Source: Gammaproteobacteria bacterium (GTDB taxonomy: Bacteria > Pseudomonadota > Gammaproteobacteria > Magnimaribacterales > TMED112). Taken from it: a stretch of DNA of 64,000 bases. Below are positions 1 to 10,846 of the stretch, one piece after another (position 1 is the first letter of the stretch; every line of letters begins with the position of its first letter). A program made the translations under genes and the position numbers. Location of the stretch: contig JAYQTH010000002.1 in the NCBI GenBank assembly GCA_038147295.1, positions 586,243 through 650,242 on the forward strand, read 5' to 3'. The notes beneath the pieces are model-generated. The model saw nothing but the letters and a program-made list of their open reading frames with translations. It searched no databases and had not been told where the DNA came from.

Positions 1-863
1 CTTTCTATAGAGTCTCTGATCAAGTGCTTGGTTTTATGGCTTATCCTCTCTACACAGATTTAGGTTTTTCTGGAGAAGATTTAGCCGCAAAAAATTTGGG
101 GAACTTTATTGCAACTTTCTTTGGAGCATTTCTTGCAGCCTCTATTATTAATAGGTTCTCATTGCAAATTGGTCTTTTTCTTGGAGCTATATTTATTCTA
201 GTAACAAATTTATTGTTTTCGGCACTTTATCTGTATCCAAATCTTAGCAATTTATTATTAATAAATTTTTTAGATACTATCGCCCAAGCTTTTGCAACTG
301 CTAGCTTTCTTGCATATCTAGTTACATTAATTAACAGGAATTTTACCGCGATTCAGCATGCAATATTTACTTCATTAATGTTAGTTCCTGGGATGATTCT
401 GAGAGGTTACTCTGGTTATTTTGTTGAATCATTTGATTATTATAATTTCTTCATTTTTTGTGGCTTTATGGGAATACCAGCAGTACTTATCTCATACTTC
501 TTTGTAAGAGGATCACAGGTGAACTATGAAAATGGGTTAAAAATATTTACTGTCTTGTTACTGATAGTATTATTATTGCTCTCTTTGTTAAGTCTTGATC
601 AAGGGCCTGGCATTAATGATAAATTCATACATTTTTCGGCATATGGGTTTATTGCATTTATTGGGTTATTAGCAAGCAAGAAAAGTACTAAATCTCTTCT
701 AATTGTCATGTTGATAGCATTTGGTGTAATTATTGAATGTCTTCAAGGTTTTTCTGGATTGAGGAATTTTGAGTATATGGATATAATAGCCAATTCTTTA
801 GGAGTTTTTGGGGGACTTTTCTTATATTTTTTAAGTAGAAATTACTTGAAAAAAAATACCTAA
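1..863 (+). CDS. ampG: AmpG-like MFS muropeptide permease (5'-truncated by window edge) fused in frame to a C-terminal VanZ-like domain
   Basis: The frame is open from the window edge (FYRVSDQVLGFMAYPLYTDLGF, AmpG-like). The C-terminus carries VanZ-type motifs DKFIHFSAY and IECLQ..R....DIIAN.LG. Confidence 0.7.
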   Translation, partial: FYRVSDQVLGFMAYPLYTDLGFSGEDLAAKNLGNFIATFFGAFLAASIINRFSLQIGLFLGAIFILVTNLLFSALYLYPNLSNLLLINFLDTIAQAFATASFLAYLVTLINRNFTAIQHAIFTSLMLVPGMILRGYSGYFVESFDYYNFFIFCGFMGIPAVLISYFFVRGSQVNYENGLKIFTVLLLIVLLLLSLLSLDQGPGINDKFIHFSAYGFIAFIGLLASKKSTKSLLIVMLIAFGVIIECLQGFSGLRNFEYMDIIANSLGVFGGLFLYFLSRNYLKKNT

Positions 864-902
864 ATCCTAAATAATTGCTAGTTATTTGGAGGATAACAAA
901 AA

Positions 903-2842
<1,940 letters not shown>

Positions 2843-2861
2843 ATCATTTTAAAACTTTAAT

Positions 2862-2889
2862 AAAAGGGAGCTTAAGCTCCCTTTTTTTT
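2862..2889 (+). terminator. Intrinsic terminator after groEL
   Basis: AAAAGGGAGC-TTAA-GCTCCCTTTTTTTT: perfect stem followed by a T run. Confidence 0.9.
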
Positions 2890-2923
2890 ATTCTTGAATT
2901 AGAATATTAGTGGGAGAAAAATT

Positions 2924-3583
2924 ATGTATGAGTTTTTATCACAAATAGATCGTTTTCTTCATGTTTTATTCGGAATAACATGGATAGGTCTACTTTATTA
3001 TTTTAATTTTGTAGGATCAGGTTATCTTAAAGAAGCTTCACCTGAGGGGAAAAAAGATGCACTTCAAAAGTTGGTTCCTAATGCTTTGTGGTATTTTAGA
3101 TGGGCAGCACTTTTCACTTTCATAACTGGACTTTATCTGCTTTATTACGTTTCTGAGATTCCTGGTGCATATAATGTTGGAATCTCGTTAGGCGCAACCA
3201 TGGCAACCATTATGTTCTTGAATGTGTGGCTAATAATATGGCCAAACCAAAAGAAAGTGATCGCAGGCACTGCAGATGCAGCAGATGCAGGTGCAAAAGC
3301 AGCACTGGCTTCTAGGACTAATACATTGTTTTCATTCCCAATGCTTTATTTTATGATTTATTCAGCGCACATAAATTATGGCAATGATGCATTAGTTCTA
3401 TCAGGGGATTATGGCCCAGGGTGGAGTTCTTATTCATTGTGGGTAGGAGCGCTAGTTATTTTATTGATTGAATTAAACGCCATCTTTGGAAAAATGAGAA
3501 AATGGTTTGAATCAGTAAAAGCAGTAATTCATTCTGGAATACTTCTAACAGTATTCTTTGGGGCTTTAGTTTATTATTTTTAG
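2924..3583 (+). CDS. PuuD / urate-oxidase-N (DUF989) family membrane protein
   Basis: FLHVLFGITWIGLLYYFNFV, ALWYFRWAALFT, NVWLIIWPNQKKV and ASRTNTLFSFPML motifs; no CxxCH cytochrome c module. Confidence 0.75.
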   Translation: MYEFLSQIDRFLHVLFGITWIGLLYYFNFVGSGYLKEASPEGKKDALQKLVPNALWYFRWAALFTFITGLYLLYYVSEIPGAYNVGISLGATMATIMFLNVWLIIWPNQKKVIAGTADAADAGAKAALASRTNTLFSFPMLYFMIYSAHINYGNDALVLSGDYGPGWSSYSLWVGALVILLIELNAIFGKMRKWFESVKAVIHSGILLTVFFGALVYYF

Positions 3584-4833
3584 ATAATATCAGCGGAGTC
3601 TTCAGAGACTCTGCTGACTTTTACCTCTTTAATTAGGTTGTCCTCTATTCCTAATGTCTCAAGCTTATAGCTCCCTAGAGTAATACATATGTTCGCAGTT
3701 GGAATCATATCCAACTCATCTGTAATCAAACCACTGATTGTTTTTTGACCATCTTCAGGCAAATCCCACGACATATACGTATTAAGCTCCCTAATTGTTG
3801 TTGATCCATCAGCAGTAACTGACAAATCATCATTAATTAGCATGCTAGGATCTTTTTCTTCTTGGTTGAGTCTGCCAATAATCTGTTCAATAAGATCTTC
3901 CAGTGTAACTATTCCAGTAAAGTTGCCATATTCATCAACAACCATACCTATTTCGTTGCCTGTTTTTTGAAACTGTTTTAGTTGTGCAAAAAGCGATGTT
4001 GATTCAGGCACATAGTAAGGGCTGATTAAGATATCTCTTGCCGAACTGCCTAATGCTTGCAATTGGTCGGCCTCCTTAGAGTGTATGAAGCCAAGAATAT
4101 CCTGAGAAGTTTCATCAAATACAGGGAAAAAGATATCTTTTTCAGGGATGCTTTTAATATTTTCGTCATTGATATTTATAGATATCACTTCTTGTATAGG
4201 TATTAGTATGTCTTCAACGGTAAGTTCATTAAGTTCTAGTAGTGACTTTAAAGCTATCATTTCATCTTCATCGACCTGTTCAGTATCTTTCTGTAAAACT
4301 GATTTAAGCTCATCTCTATTTAGGTTTTGTGAAAAATAATTTTCATCACTGTTCGTTCCTGTAATTAAATTTCCAATTGAAGTTAGAATCTTTGCAAACC
4401 AACCAATTATATTTGTCAAAATTTCTAAAGGTTTACTTGCGGGATAGGCTATAGACTCCGGTTGCTTAGTGGCATAATTTTTAGGAGCAATTTCAGCAAA
4501 AATAATTACTACTATTGTTAAAATTAACGTGCCTGCCCAAACATACTGGTCCCCAAATTTACTAATAATGTAGTAGGTTAGTAATGCCGATGCAGATATA
4601 TTAACCAGGTTATTTCCAATAAGAATAACGCCCAAAACCTCTGTAATTTTTGCTCTTAATGAATTTACTCTTTTAGCAGATACACTTCCTTTTTCTTCAG
4701 CATTATCAAGCTTAATTTGATTAATTGCCATTAGAGATGTTTCTGAACTAGAAAAAAATGCAGACAATAAAACAAGAATAAGCAAAATGATTGCTACAAG
4801 CAGATCAAAATTATCGAATGTAGAAATATCCAA
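3580..4833 (-). CDS. CNNM/CorB (DUF21 + CBS + CorC_HlyC) membrane protein
   Basis: LSAFFSSSETSL, ILIGNNLVNI, IFAEIAPK and VVDEYGNFTGIVTLEDLIEQIIG motifs; TTG start. Confidence 0.9.
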   Translation of the reverse strand: MDISTFDNFDLLVAIILLILVLLSAFFSSSETSLMAINQIKLDNAEEKGSVSAKRVNSLRAKITEVLGVILIGNNLVNISASALLTYYIISKFGDQYVWAGTLILTIVVIIFAEIAPKNYATKQPESIAYPASKPLEILTNIIGWFAKILTSIGNLITGTNSDENYFSQNLNRDELKSVLQKDTEQVDEDEMIALKSLLELNELTVEDILIPIQEVISININDENIKSIPEKDIFFPVFDETSQDILGFIHSKEADQLQALGSSARDILISPYYVPESTSLFAQLKQFQKTGNEIGMVVDEYGNFTGIVTLEDLIEQIIGRLNQEEKDPSMLINDDLSVTADGSTTIRELNTYMSWDLPEDGQKTISGLITDELDMIPTANICITLGSYKLETLGIEDNLIKEVKVSRVSEDSADII

Positions 4834-4919
4834 AATTAATTAAGAAAATAAGTGAATATTCTGTGAATCTTCTTCAGAAAAGGTGTAAAATGCCATTTTC
4901 AAATATTATACATTAAAAA

Positions 4920-5723
4920 ATGGTTGTAATTAGACTTTCTAGAGGGGGCACAAAGAAGAGGCCTTTTTACCACATATCAGTTTCAGACAGAAGAAACAAG
5001 AGAGATGGTAGCTTTATTGAAAAAATTGGTTTTTATAATCCAATAGCCAAAGATGGAGAAGAAAAAATAAAAGTCAATCTTGAGAGATATGAGTACTGGC
5101 TATCAGTTGGTGCGCAACCAAGTGACACAGTTGAAATGCTAGTCAAAAGATCTGGCATGTCTGCAGAAGAGATCGAAAAAATTGAAAACAAAAAGAAAGA
5201 ACAACAACGTCTTAAAAAAGAAAAAGAAATATTAGCAGCTCAAGAAAAAGCTGCTGCCGAAGAAGCACCAGCCGAAGAAGCACCTGCCGAAGAAGCACCT
5301 GCTGAAGAAGCCGAAGAAGCACCTGCTGAAGAAGCACCTGCCGAAGAAGCTGCCGAAGAAGCACCGGCCGAAGAAGCACCTGCCGAAGAAGCACCTGCCG
5401 AAGAAGCACCGGCTGAAGAAGCACCAGCTGAAGAAGCACCTGCCGAAGAAGCACCTGCCGAAGAAGCACCTGCCGAAGAAGCACCTGCTGAAGAAGCACC
5501 TGCCGAAGAAGCACCTGCTGAAGAAGCACCTGCTGAAGAAGCACCTGCCGAAGAAGCACCTGCCGAAGAAGCACCTGCCGAAGAAGCACCTGCCGAAGAA
5601 GCACCTGCCGAAGAAGCACCTGCCGAAGAAGCACCTGCTGAAGAAGCACCAGCTGAAGAAGCACCTGCTGAAGAAGCACCAGCTGAAGAAGCACCTGCTG
5701 AAGAAGAAAAGAAAGATCAATAA
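4920..5723 (+). CDS. rpsP: 30S ribosomal protein S16 with long acidic (EEAPA)n C-terminal extension
   Basis: [37 protein letters not shown] core; first gene of the rpsP-rimM-trmD-rplS operon. Confidence 0.97.
   Translation: MVVIRLSRGGTKKRPFYHISVSDRRNKRDGSFIEKIGFYNPIAKDGEEKIKVNLERYEYWLSVGAQPSDTVEMLVKRSGMSAEEIEKIENKKKEQQRLKKEKEILAAQEKAAAEEAPAEEAPAEEAPAEEAEEAPAEEAPAEEAAEEAPAEEAPAEEAPAEEAPAEEAPAEEAPAEEAPAEEAPAEEAPAEEAPAEEAPAEEAPAEEAPAEEAPAEEAPAEEAPAEEAPAEEAPAEEAPAEEAPAEEAPAEEAPAEEAPAEEEKKDQ
5259..5699 (+). repeat. In-frame 15-nt coding tandem repeat GAAGAAGCACC[TAG]GC[CT]: 28 EEAPA units plus one EEA and one EEAA
   Basis: 441 nt = 147 codons, read directly from the sequence; variation is at synonymous positions. 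Confidence 0.97.
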
Positions 5724-6201
5724 TATCAATATTGTTTCTGTTGCAAAATTTGGGAAAACCCATGGATTAAAAGGGGAAATAAGGGTTAATTCATTTTGCA
5801 ATCCAGTAGAAAATATCCTGAACTACAAAAAATTTTATTTAAAAGATGGATCAGGAATTCAGATTGATTTTTTGAATTCATCTCATCCCTACATTGCTAA
5901 AGTAAAAAATATAGATTCAATTGAAGAAGTAAAAAACCTTATTAACCAAGAGATTTTTATTTCTGAAAGAGAGATGCGAAAAGATGATGATGCTATTTAC
6001 TGGAATGATTTGCTTGGGTGTAAGGTAATCAATGATTCAGAAATTTTGCTTGGAACAGTATATAAAGTTGATAATCACGGCGCATCAGATTTAATTTTTA
6101 TTAAGACAGACAGCGAAGACATTATTATCCCACTAGAAGATATTTTTCTTAGAGATTTTGATAGACACAATAAAATCCTCAGGGTTGATTGGGATATATA
6201 A
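5716..6201 (+). CDS. rimM: Ribosome maturation factor RimM (start uncertain, probably non-canonical ATC at 5716)
   Basis: [19 protein letters not shown] lies in frame upstream of the tool's TTG at 5872; [10 protein letters not shown] and HGASDL (PRC barrel); operon position. Confidence 0.88.
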   Translation: MNNINIVSVAKFGKTHGLKGEIRVNSFCNPVENILNYKKFYLKDGSGIQIDFLNSSHPYIAKVKNIDSIEEVKNLINQEIFISEREMRKDDDAIYWNDLLGCKVINDSEILLGTVYKVDNHGASDLIFIKTDSEDIIIPLEDIFLRDFDRHNKILRVDWDI

Positions 6202-6219
6202 GATATATACTTTCTTTAT

Positions 6220-7062
6220 ATGATTAAAGCTATTGACCATGTAATTGTTGCAGTTAGTGACTTAAGAATTGCTGAGAAAGATTATATTCAATTACTTGGA
6301 AGCAAACCTGTCTGGAAAGGCTCTCACCCAAATCTTGGAACCTCAAATGTGCTTTTTAATTTTGAAAATACGTATTTAGAGCTATTGGCAGCAGATGGTC
6401 AGGGGATTGGAGCAGATTTTGTAAATAATAAAATAGAGAATGAAGGCGAAGGCTTAATTGGTCTTGTTTTAGGAGCTGATAGCATTGATTTATTCAGAGA
6501 TAAACTAATTGAATTTGACTATCAATTGGGAGAGAAGCTTTATGGAGAGGGCAGGAACGAAACAAATTTAATACGTAAGTGGTCATATCAATTTCTTCCA
6601 CCAGAATTAACTAGAAATTTATTTTTATTTATCATAGAACACGAGGGAGAAGAATTACCACTAAGCTTTTCTAATGAAACTAATTTAGTTAAGCGCCTTG
6701 AACAAGTTGTTATAAAGACTAATGATGCTGATGGCTTTATTAGCATCTATAAAGATACTTACGGGATAAGGCTTGCTTTGGATAGTGTAATAAAGGAGTG
6801 GAATAGAAGAATGTTATTTTTTCGCCTGAATCACACAACTCTCGAAGTGATAGAGGAAAAAGATAAGAACATGTCTGCATCTGATAAATTATGGGGGCTT
6901 TCTTGGGGTGTGGATGATATCGTCGCTACAAGAAAAAGACTAATAGAAAATGGAATAGAGATTTCAGAAATTAAAGAGGGTATTAAAGAAAATACTTTGG
7001 TTGCAACCATCAAATCACATACCCATAATATTCCAACTTTACTTATCCAACACACTAGGTAA
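6220..7062 (+). CDS. VOC / glyoxalase-like (Glyoxalase_3) protein with two VOC modules
   Basis: IDHVIVAVSDL, G.HPNLGTSN.LFNFENTYLELL; the second module has LEQVVI and LWGLSWGVDDI. Confidence 0.8.
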   Translation: MIKAIDHVIVAVSDLRIAEKDYIQLLGSKPVWKGSHPNLGTSNVLFNFENTYLELLAADGQGIGADFVNNKIENEGEGLIGLVLGADSIDLFRDKLIEFDYQLGEKLYGEGRNETNLIRKWSYQFLPPELTRNLFLFIIEHEGEELPLSFSNETNLVKRLEQVVIKTNDADGFISIYKDTYGIRLALDSVIKEWNRRMLFFRLNHTTLEVIEEKDKNMSASDKLWGLSWGVDDIVATRKRLIENGIEISEIKEGIKENTLVATIKSHTHNIPTLLIQHTR

Positions 7063-7072
7063 TGTTTAACTT

Positions 7073-7798
7073 ATGAATATAAATATAATTGCTCTATTTC
7101 CTGAAGTGATTAAATCATCATTAATAGGCGTCACTGGGAAAGCACTTGAAAATGAAAAAGCAAAATTAAACCTTATTGATTTAAAAGACTTTTCTACGAA
7201 CTCATATGGAAGTGTTGATGATTCCCCTTACGGTGGTGGAGAGGGTATGGTTATGTGTATAGAGCCTCTTGAAAAAGCACTAAGAAGCATAAGTAGTCCA
7301 GGAAAGATTATTAATTTAAGTCCACAAGGGAAAATTTTCAATCATAAAAAAGCCATAGAACTATCTCTATTGGATAACATAACTTTTATATGTGGGAGAT
7401 ATGAAGGCATTGATCAAAGATTTATTGATAGCCATGTAGATGAAGAAATATCTATTGGTGACTTTGTTTTAAGTGGAGGAGAGATTGCTGCATCTGTGAT
7501 TATTGATTCAATGCTAAGAAATCTTCCAGGAGTGATAGGAAATCAAGATTCTGTAAATAAGGATAGCCATAGCCATGGCAAACTGAAAGGATATTCCTTC
7601 ACAAAACCTGCAATATATAACAATCAAGAAGTGCCTAAAGTTCTAACATCTGGTGACCATGAAAAAATAGCTAATTGGAAGTTAGCAAATAGTCTGTGGG
7701 TAACTAAACAAAAAAGGCCAGATTTATTTGAACAATTACAACTTTCTGAAAAAGAAATGATATTATTACGGGATTACGAATCTGGTAAACTTAGCTGA
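7073..7798 (+). CDS. trmD: tRNA (guanine37-N1)-methyltransferase
   Basis: VDDSPYGGGEGMVM, CGRYEGIDQR and SIGDFVLSGGE motifs. Confidence 0.97.
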   Translation: MNINIIALFPEVIKSSLIGVTGKALENEKAKLNLIDLKDFSTNSYGSVDDSPYGGGEGMVMCIEPLEKALRSISSPGKIINLSPQGKIFNHKKAIELSLLDNITFICGRYEGIDQRFIDSHVDEEISIGDFVLSGGEIAASVIIDSMLRNLPGVIGNQDSVNKDSHSHGKLKGYSFTKPAIYNNQEVPKVLTSGDHEKIANWKLANSLWVTKQKRPDLFEQLQLSEKEMILLRDYESGKLS

Positions 7799-7807
7799 CA
7801 AAGGGAA

Positions 7808-8155
7808 ATGACCAAAAATTTAGTAGAAAAAGTTGAAAAAAAACAACTTAAAGAAATACCTGAATTTAGAACAGGTGATACCGTTGTTGTTCAAGTAAGA
7901 GTTACTGAAGGTGAAAGGTCAAGACTACAAGCATTTGAAGGGCTTGTAATATCAAAAAAGAAAAGAGGTCTTAATTCATCTTTTATTGTTAGAAAAATAT
8001 CAAATGGAGTTGGTGTTGAAAGAACTTTTCAAACGCATAGTCCATTAATAGAGTCTATTAAAGTTAAAAGAAGAGGACTCGTAAGACAATCTAAACTTTA
8101 CTATATTCGCGAAAGATCTGGAAAATCTGCTAGGATTAAAGAAAAAATTAGTTAG
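7808..8155 (+). CDS. rplS: 50S ribosomal protein L19
   Basis: [30 protein letters not shown] and [17 protein letters not shown]. Confidence 0.98.
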   Translation: MTKNLVEKVEKKQLKEIPEFRTGDTVVVQVRVTEGERSRLQAFEGLVISKKKRGLNSSFIVRKISNGVGVERTFQTHSPLIESIKVKRRGLVRQSKLYYIRERSGKSARIKEKIS

Positions 8156-9051
8156 TGCAGATCCAATCCAAATTATTAATTGAAAGCTTCTTAGACAACC
8201 TCTGGTTAGAAAAAAACCTCTCAGAGAACACTCTGGCTTCCTATAAGAACGATCTATTTAAGTTCAACCAATTTTTAGAAAACAATAGAAAATCAGTATT
8301 AGATGCAGATCACTTTCTGTTAATTTCCTATTTAAGTAGTTTGCTAGATAACAATCTTTCATCTAAAACAATCTCAAGAAATTTATCTGCTCTAAAGAGC
8401 TTCTTCAAATATTTGGTGAGTATTGATCAGATCGATTTTAACCCCACTGAAAATATTGACCCACCAAAATCAGGCTTGTATTTACCAACAACATTAACTA
8501 CTGATGAAACAGATAAATTATTGAATTCTCCAGATGAAGATAATTTTATTGAATTAAGAGACAAAGCGATGTTGTATGTTCTATATTCATGTGGATTACG
8601 AGTTTCAGAATTAATAGGTCTTACCATCAATAATATTGACTTAAATAGAGGTTCTGTAAAGGTTCTCGGAAAAGGGTCCAAAGAGAGACTTGTACCAATG
8701 TCTGAGCAGTCTATTGAGATGGTAAAAAAATATTTATCTTCATCAAGAGAAAAACTGGCAAAGAATAATGATTTTCATTATGTTTTCCTTTCAACGCATG
8801 GAAGGAAAATCACAAGACAAAGTTTTTGGCATAGAGTGAAGATATACATGAGAAAAGAAAATATAGAAAAAGAAATTCACCCACACACTCTAAGACATGC
8901 ATTTGCAACACACATGCTCAATAATGGAGCTGACTTAAGATCTGTGCAACTATTGCTTGGCCATACAGATTTATCAACAACACAAATCTATACTCATGTA
9001 GCACAATCTGAAATGAAGAACTTGCATAAAAAACATCACCCAAGAGGTTAA
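8155..9051 (+). CDS. xerD: Site-specific tyrosine recombinase XerD
   Basis: LRDKAML..LYSCGLRVSEL, GKGSKERLVP, HTLRHAFATH.LNNGADLR.VQ.LLGH..LSTTQIYTHV; xerD-dsbC-prfB-lysS synteny. Confidence 0.93.
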   Translation: MQIQSKLLIESFLDNLWLEKNLSENTLASYKNDLFKFNQFLENNRKSVLDADHFLLISYLSSLLDNNLSSKTISRNLSALKSFFKYLVSIDQIDFNPTENIDPPKSGLYLPTTLTTDETDKLLNSPDEDNFIELRDKAMLYVLYSCGLRVSELIGLTINNIDLNRGSVKVLGKGSKERLVPMSEQSIEMVKKYLSSSREKLAKNNDFHYVFLSTHGRKITRQSFWHRVKIYMRKENIEKEIHPHTLRHAFATHMLNNGADLRSVQLLLGHTDLSTTQIYTHVAQSEMKNLHKKHHPRG

Positions 9052-9053
9052 AG

Positions 9054-9758
9054 ATGAAATTAAGATTACTACTATTTCTAACATATGCCTTTATAGCTCA
9101 GCCTTCAGAGGAGGTAAAATTAAAGCTTGAATCGATGCTTCCTCCAGGGGTAAATTTAAATTTTTATGAAGATGCACAAATAGATAATTTCTATGCCCTT
9201 AATGTAGCAAACAATCAAGTTATTTATATTTCTAAAGATTTTCAGTTTATTTTTGCTGGGGAGGTTATTAAATCGTCCCCTTCGGGTCTGGAAAGTGTGA
9301 ACGAACAGTACCAACGCAAACTTATTTTAAATTTGTTATCTGAAGTGCCAGAATCAGAGGCGATTCAATTTATATCTGAAAATGAAAAGCATTCAATTCA
9401 TGTTTTTACAGATGTGACCTGCGCTTATTGTCGAATATTCCATTCAAACATACGCGAATATCTTGATAGAGGAATATCAGTATCCTACCTTGCATTCCCT
9501 AGAGATGGTATGGGTGGAAGTAGCTCAGAAAATATGAAAAGTGCTTGGTGCAGTAGTGATAGAGCCTCAGCAGTCACACAACTCAAGTTAGGCAAAGATA
9601 TTGTAAAAGCTAGTTGCAAAGACCCTATTGCAAAACATTTTGAGATAGGAAGGATGATTGGTATAACGGGAACTCCATCAATCGTTCTTGGTGATGGCCA
9701 AATGTTATCAGGCTATATTCCTGCAGAAGATTTAATTAAAATACTAGATAATGGATAA
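9054..9758 (+). CDS. dsbC: Disulfide isomerase DsbC
   Basis: Signal peptide, FTDVTCAYC active site, ITGTPSIV cis-Pro loop. Confidence 0.9.
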   Translation: MKLRLLLFLTYAFIAQPSEEVKLKLESMLPPGVNLNFYEDAQIDNFYALNVANNQVIYISKDFQFIFAGEVIKSSPSGLESVNEQYQRKLILNLLSEVPESEAIQFISENEKHSIHVFTDVTCAYCRIFHSNIREYLDRGISVSYLAFPRDGMGGSSSENMKSAWCSSDRASAVTQLKLGKDIVKASCKDPIAKHFEIGRMIGITGTPSIVLGDGQMLSGYIPAEDLIKILDNG

Positions 9759-10846
9759 TTCAGAACTGCTCTTAAGAATATCAAAAACCAGTGAGCGTAT
9801 TGGAGAGCTTAGGGGGTTCCTTTGACCCCGATAAACTAAAACAAGAACTAGAACACCTAGATAAATCTCTACAAGATCCAGAGAATTGGAAAAACCATTC
9901 AAAACTTAATGCATTAAACAAAGAAAAAACAACACTAGAACAAAAATTAGATGAATTTAAAAGAATTGAAGATGGTTTCAATGAGATTTCTGATTTAGTA
10001 GATATCTCTATTGAGCTTGAAGACGAAAGTGAATTGTCTAACCAGGAAGATGCTATAAATATTCTTGAAGAAGAGATAGACTCACTTGAGACTAAACGCT
10101 ACTTTTCCCGCGAAAATGACCTCAATAATGCCTTTTTAGATGTTCAATCTGGCTCTGGTGGCACAGAAGCTCAAGATTGGGCAGAAATGCTATTCAGAAT
10201 GTACTCCAGGTGGGCTGAGGATATGGGTTTTACTGTAAAGATAGAGGAATTTTCCCCTGGAGATGTGGCGGGCATTAAAAGTGCAAGCTTAAATATAAAT
10301 GGACCCTATGCTTATGGTTGGCTTAGAACAGAAACTGGAATACACCGCCTCGTAAGAAAATCACCATTTGATTCTGGCAATAGAAGACATACATCGTTTG
10401 CAGCTGTATTTGTTTCCCCCGAGATTGATGATGATATAGAAATCGATTTAGATATGTCGCAAGTTAGAATAGATACTTATCGTGCTTCTGGAGCAGGAGG
10501 TCAACACGTTAATAAAACCGATTCTGCTGTAAGGCTAACACATATTCAAAGTGGATTAGTTGTCCAATGTCAGTCACAAAGGTCACAGCACCAAAACAAA
10601 GACAGAGCAATCAAGCAACTAAAATCAAAATTATATGAGCTTGAATTGCAAAAGAGGGAAGAGGAGATAAAGAAAGTAGAAGATTCAAAAACAGATATTG
10701 GATGGGGCAATCAAATCAGATCTTACGTCTTAGATCAGTCTAGAATAAAAGATATAAGAACAAAGTATGAGGAAACAAATACTCAGTCAGTATTAGATGG
10801 TAAAATTAACAACTTCATTAAAGCTAGCTTAAAAAATGGATACTAA
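9751..10846 (+). CDS. prfB: Peptide chain release factor 2 (programmed +1 frameshift after codon 24)
   Basis: ATG at 9751 reads MDNSELLLRISKTSERIGELRGFL then TGA at 9823; the +1 frame continues DPDKLK and contains the SPF and GAGGQHVN motifs. Confidence 0.96.
9811..9826 (+). promoter_or_regulatory. prfB autoregulatory +1 frameshift site
   Basis: AGGGGG-TTC-CTT-TGA-C: internal SD followed by CUU-UGA-C, the canonical RF2 shift signal. Confidence 0.95.

Noticed and set aside
845-875. Sigma32 promoter for groESL
   Set aside because: CTTGAA matches the -35 but there is no convincing CCCCAT -10.
5259-5699. CRISPR array
   Set aside because: Head-to-tail 15-nt coding repeat with no spacers and no cas genes.
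5212-5801. Antisense ORFs 5212-5763 and 5232-5801
   Set aside because: They are shadows of the stop-free EEAPA repeat (QVLLR and RCFFG repeats).
8155-9051. Phage integrase or mobile element
   Set aside because: Motifs and the xerD-dsbC-prfB-lysS synteny identify housekeeping XerD; there are no att sites or phage genes.
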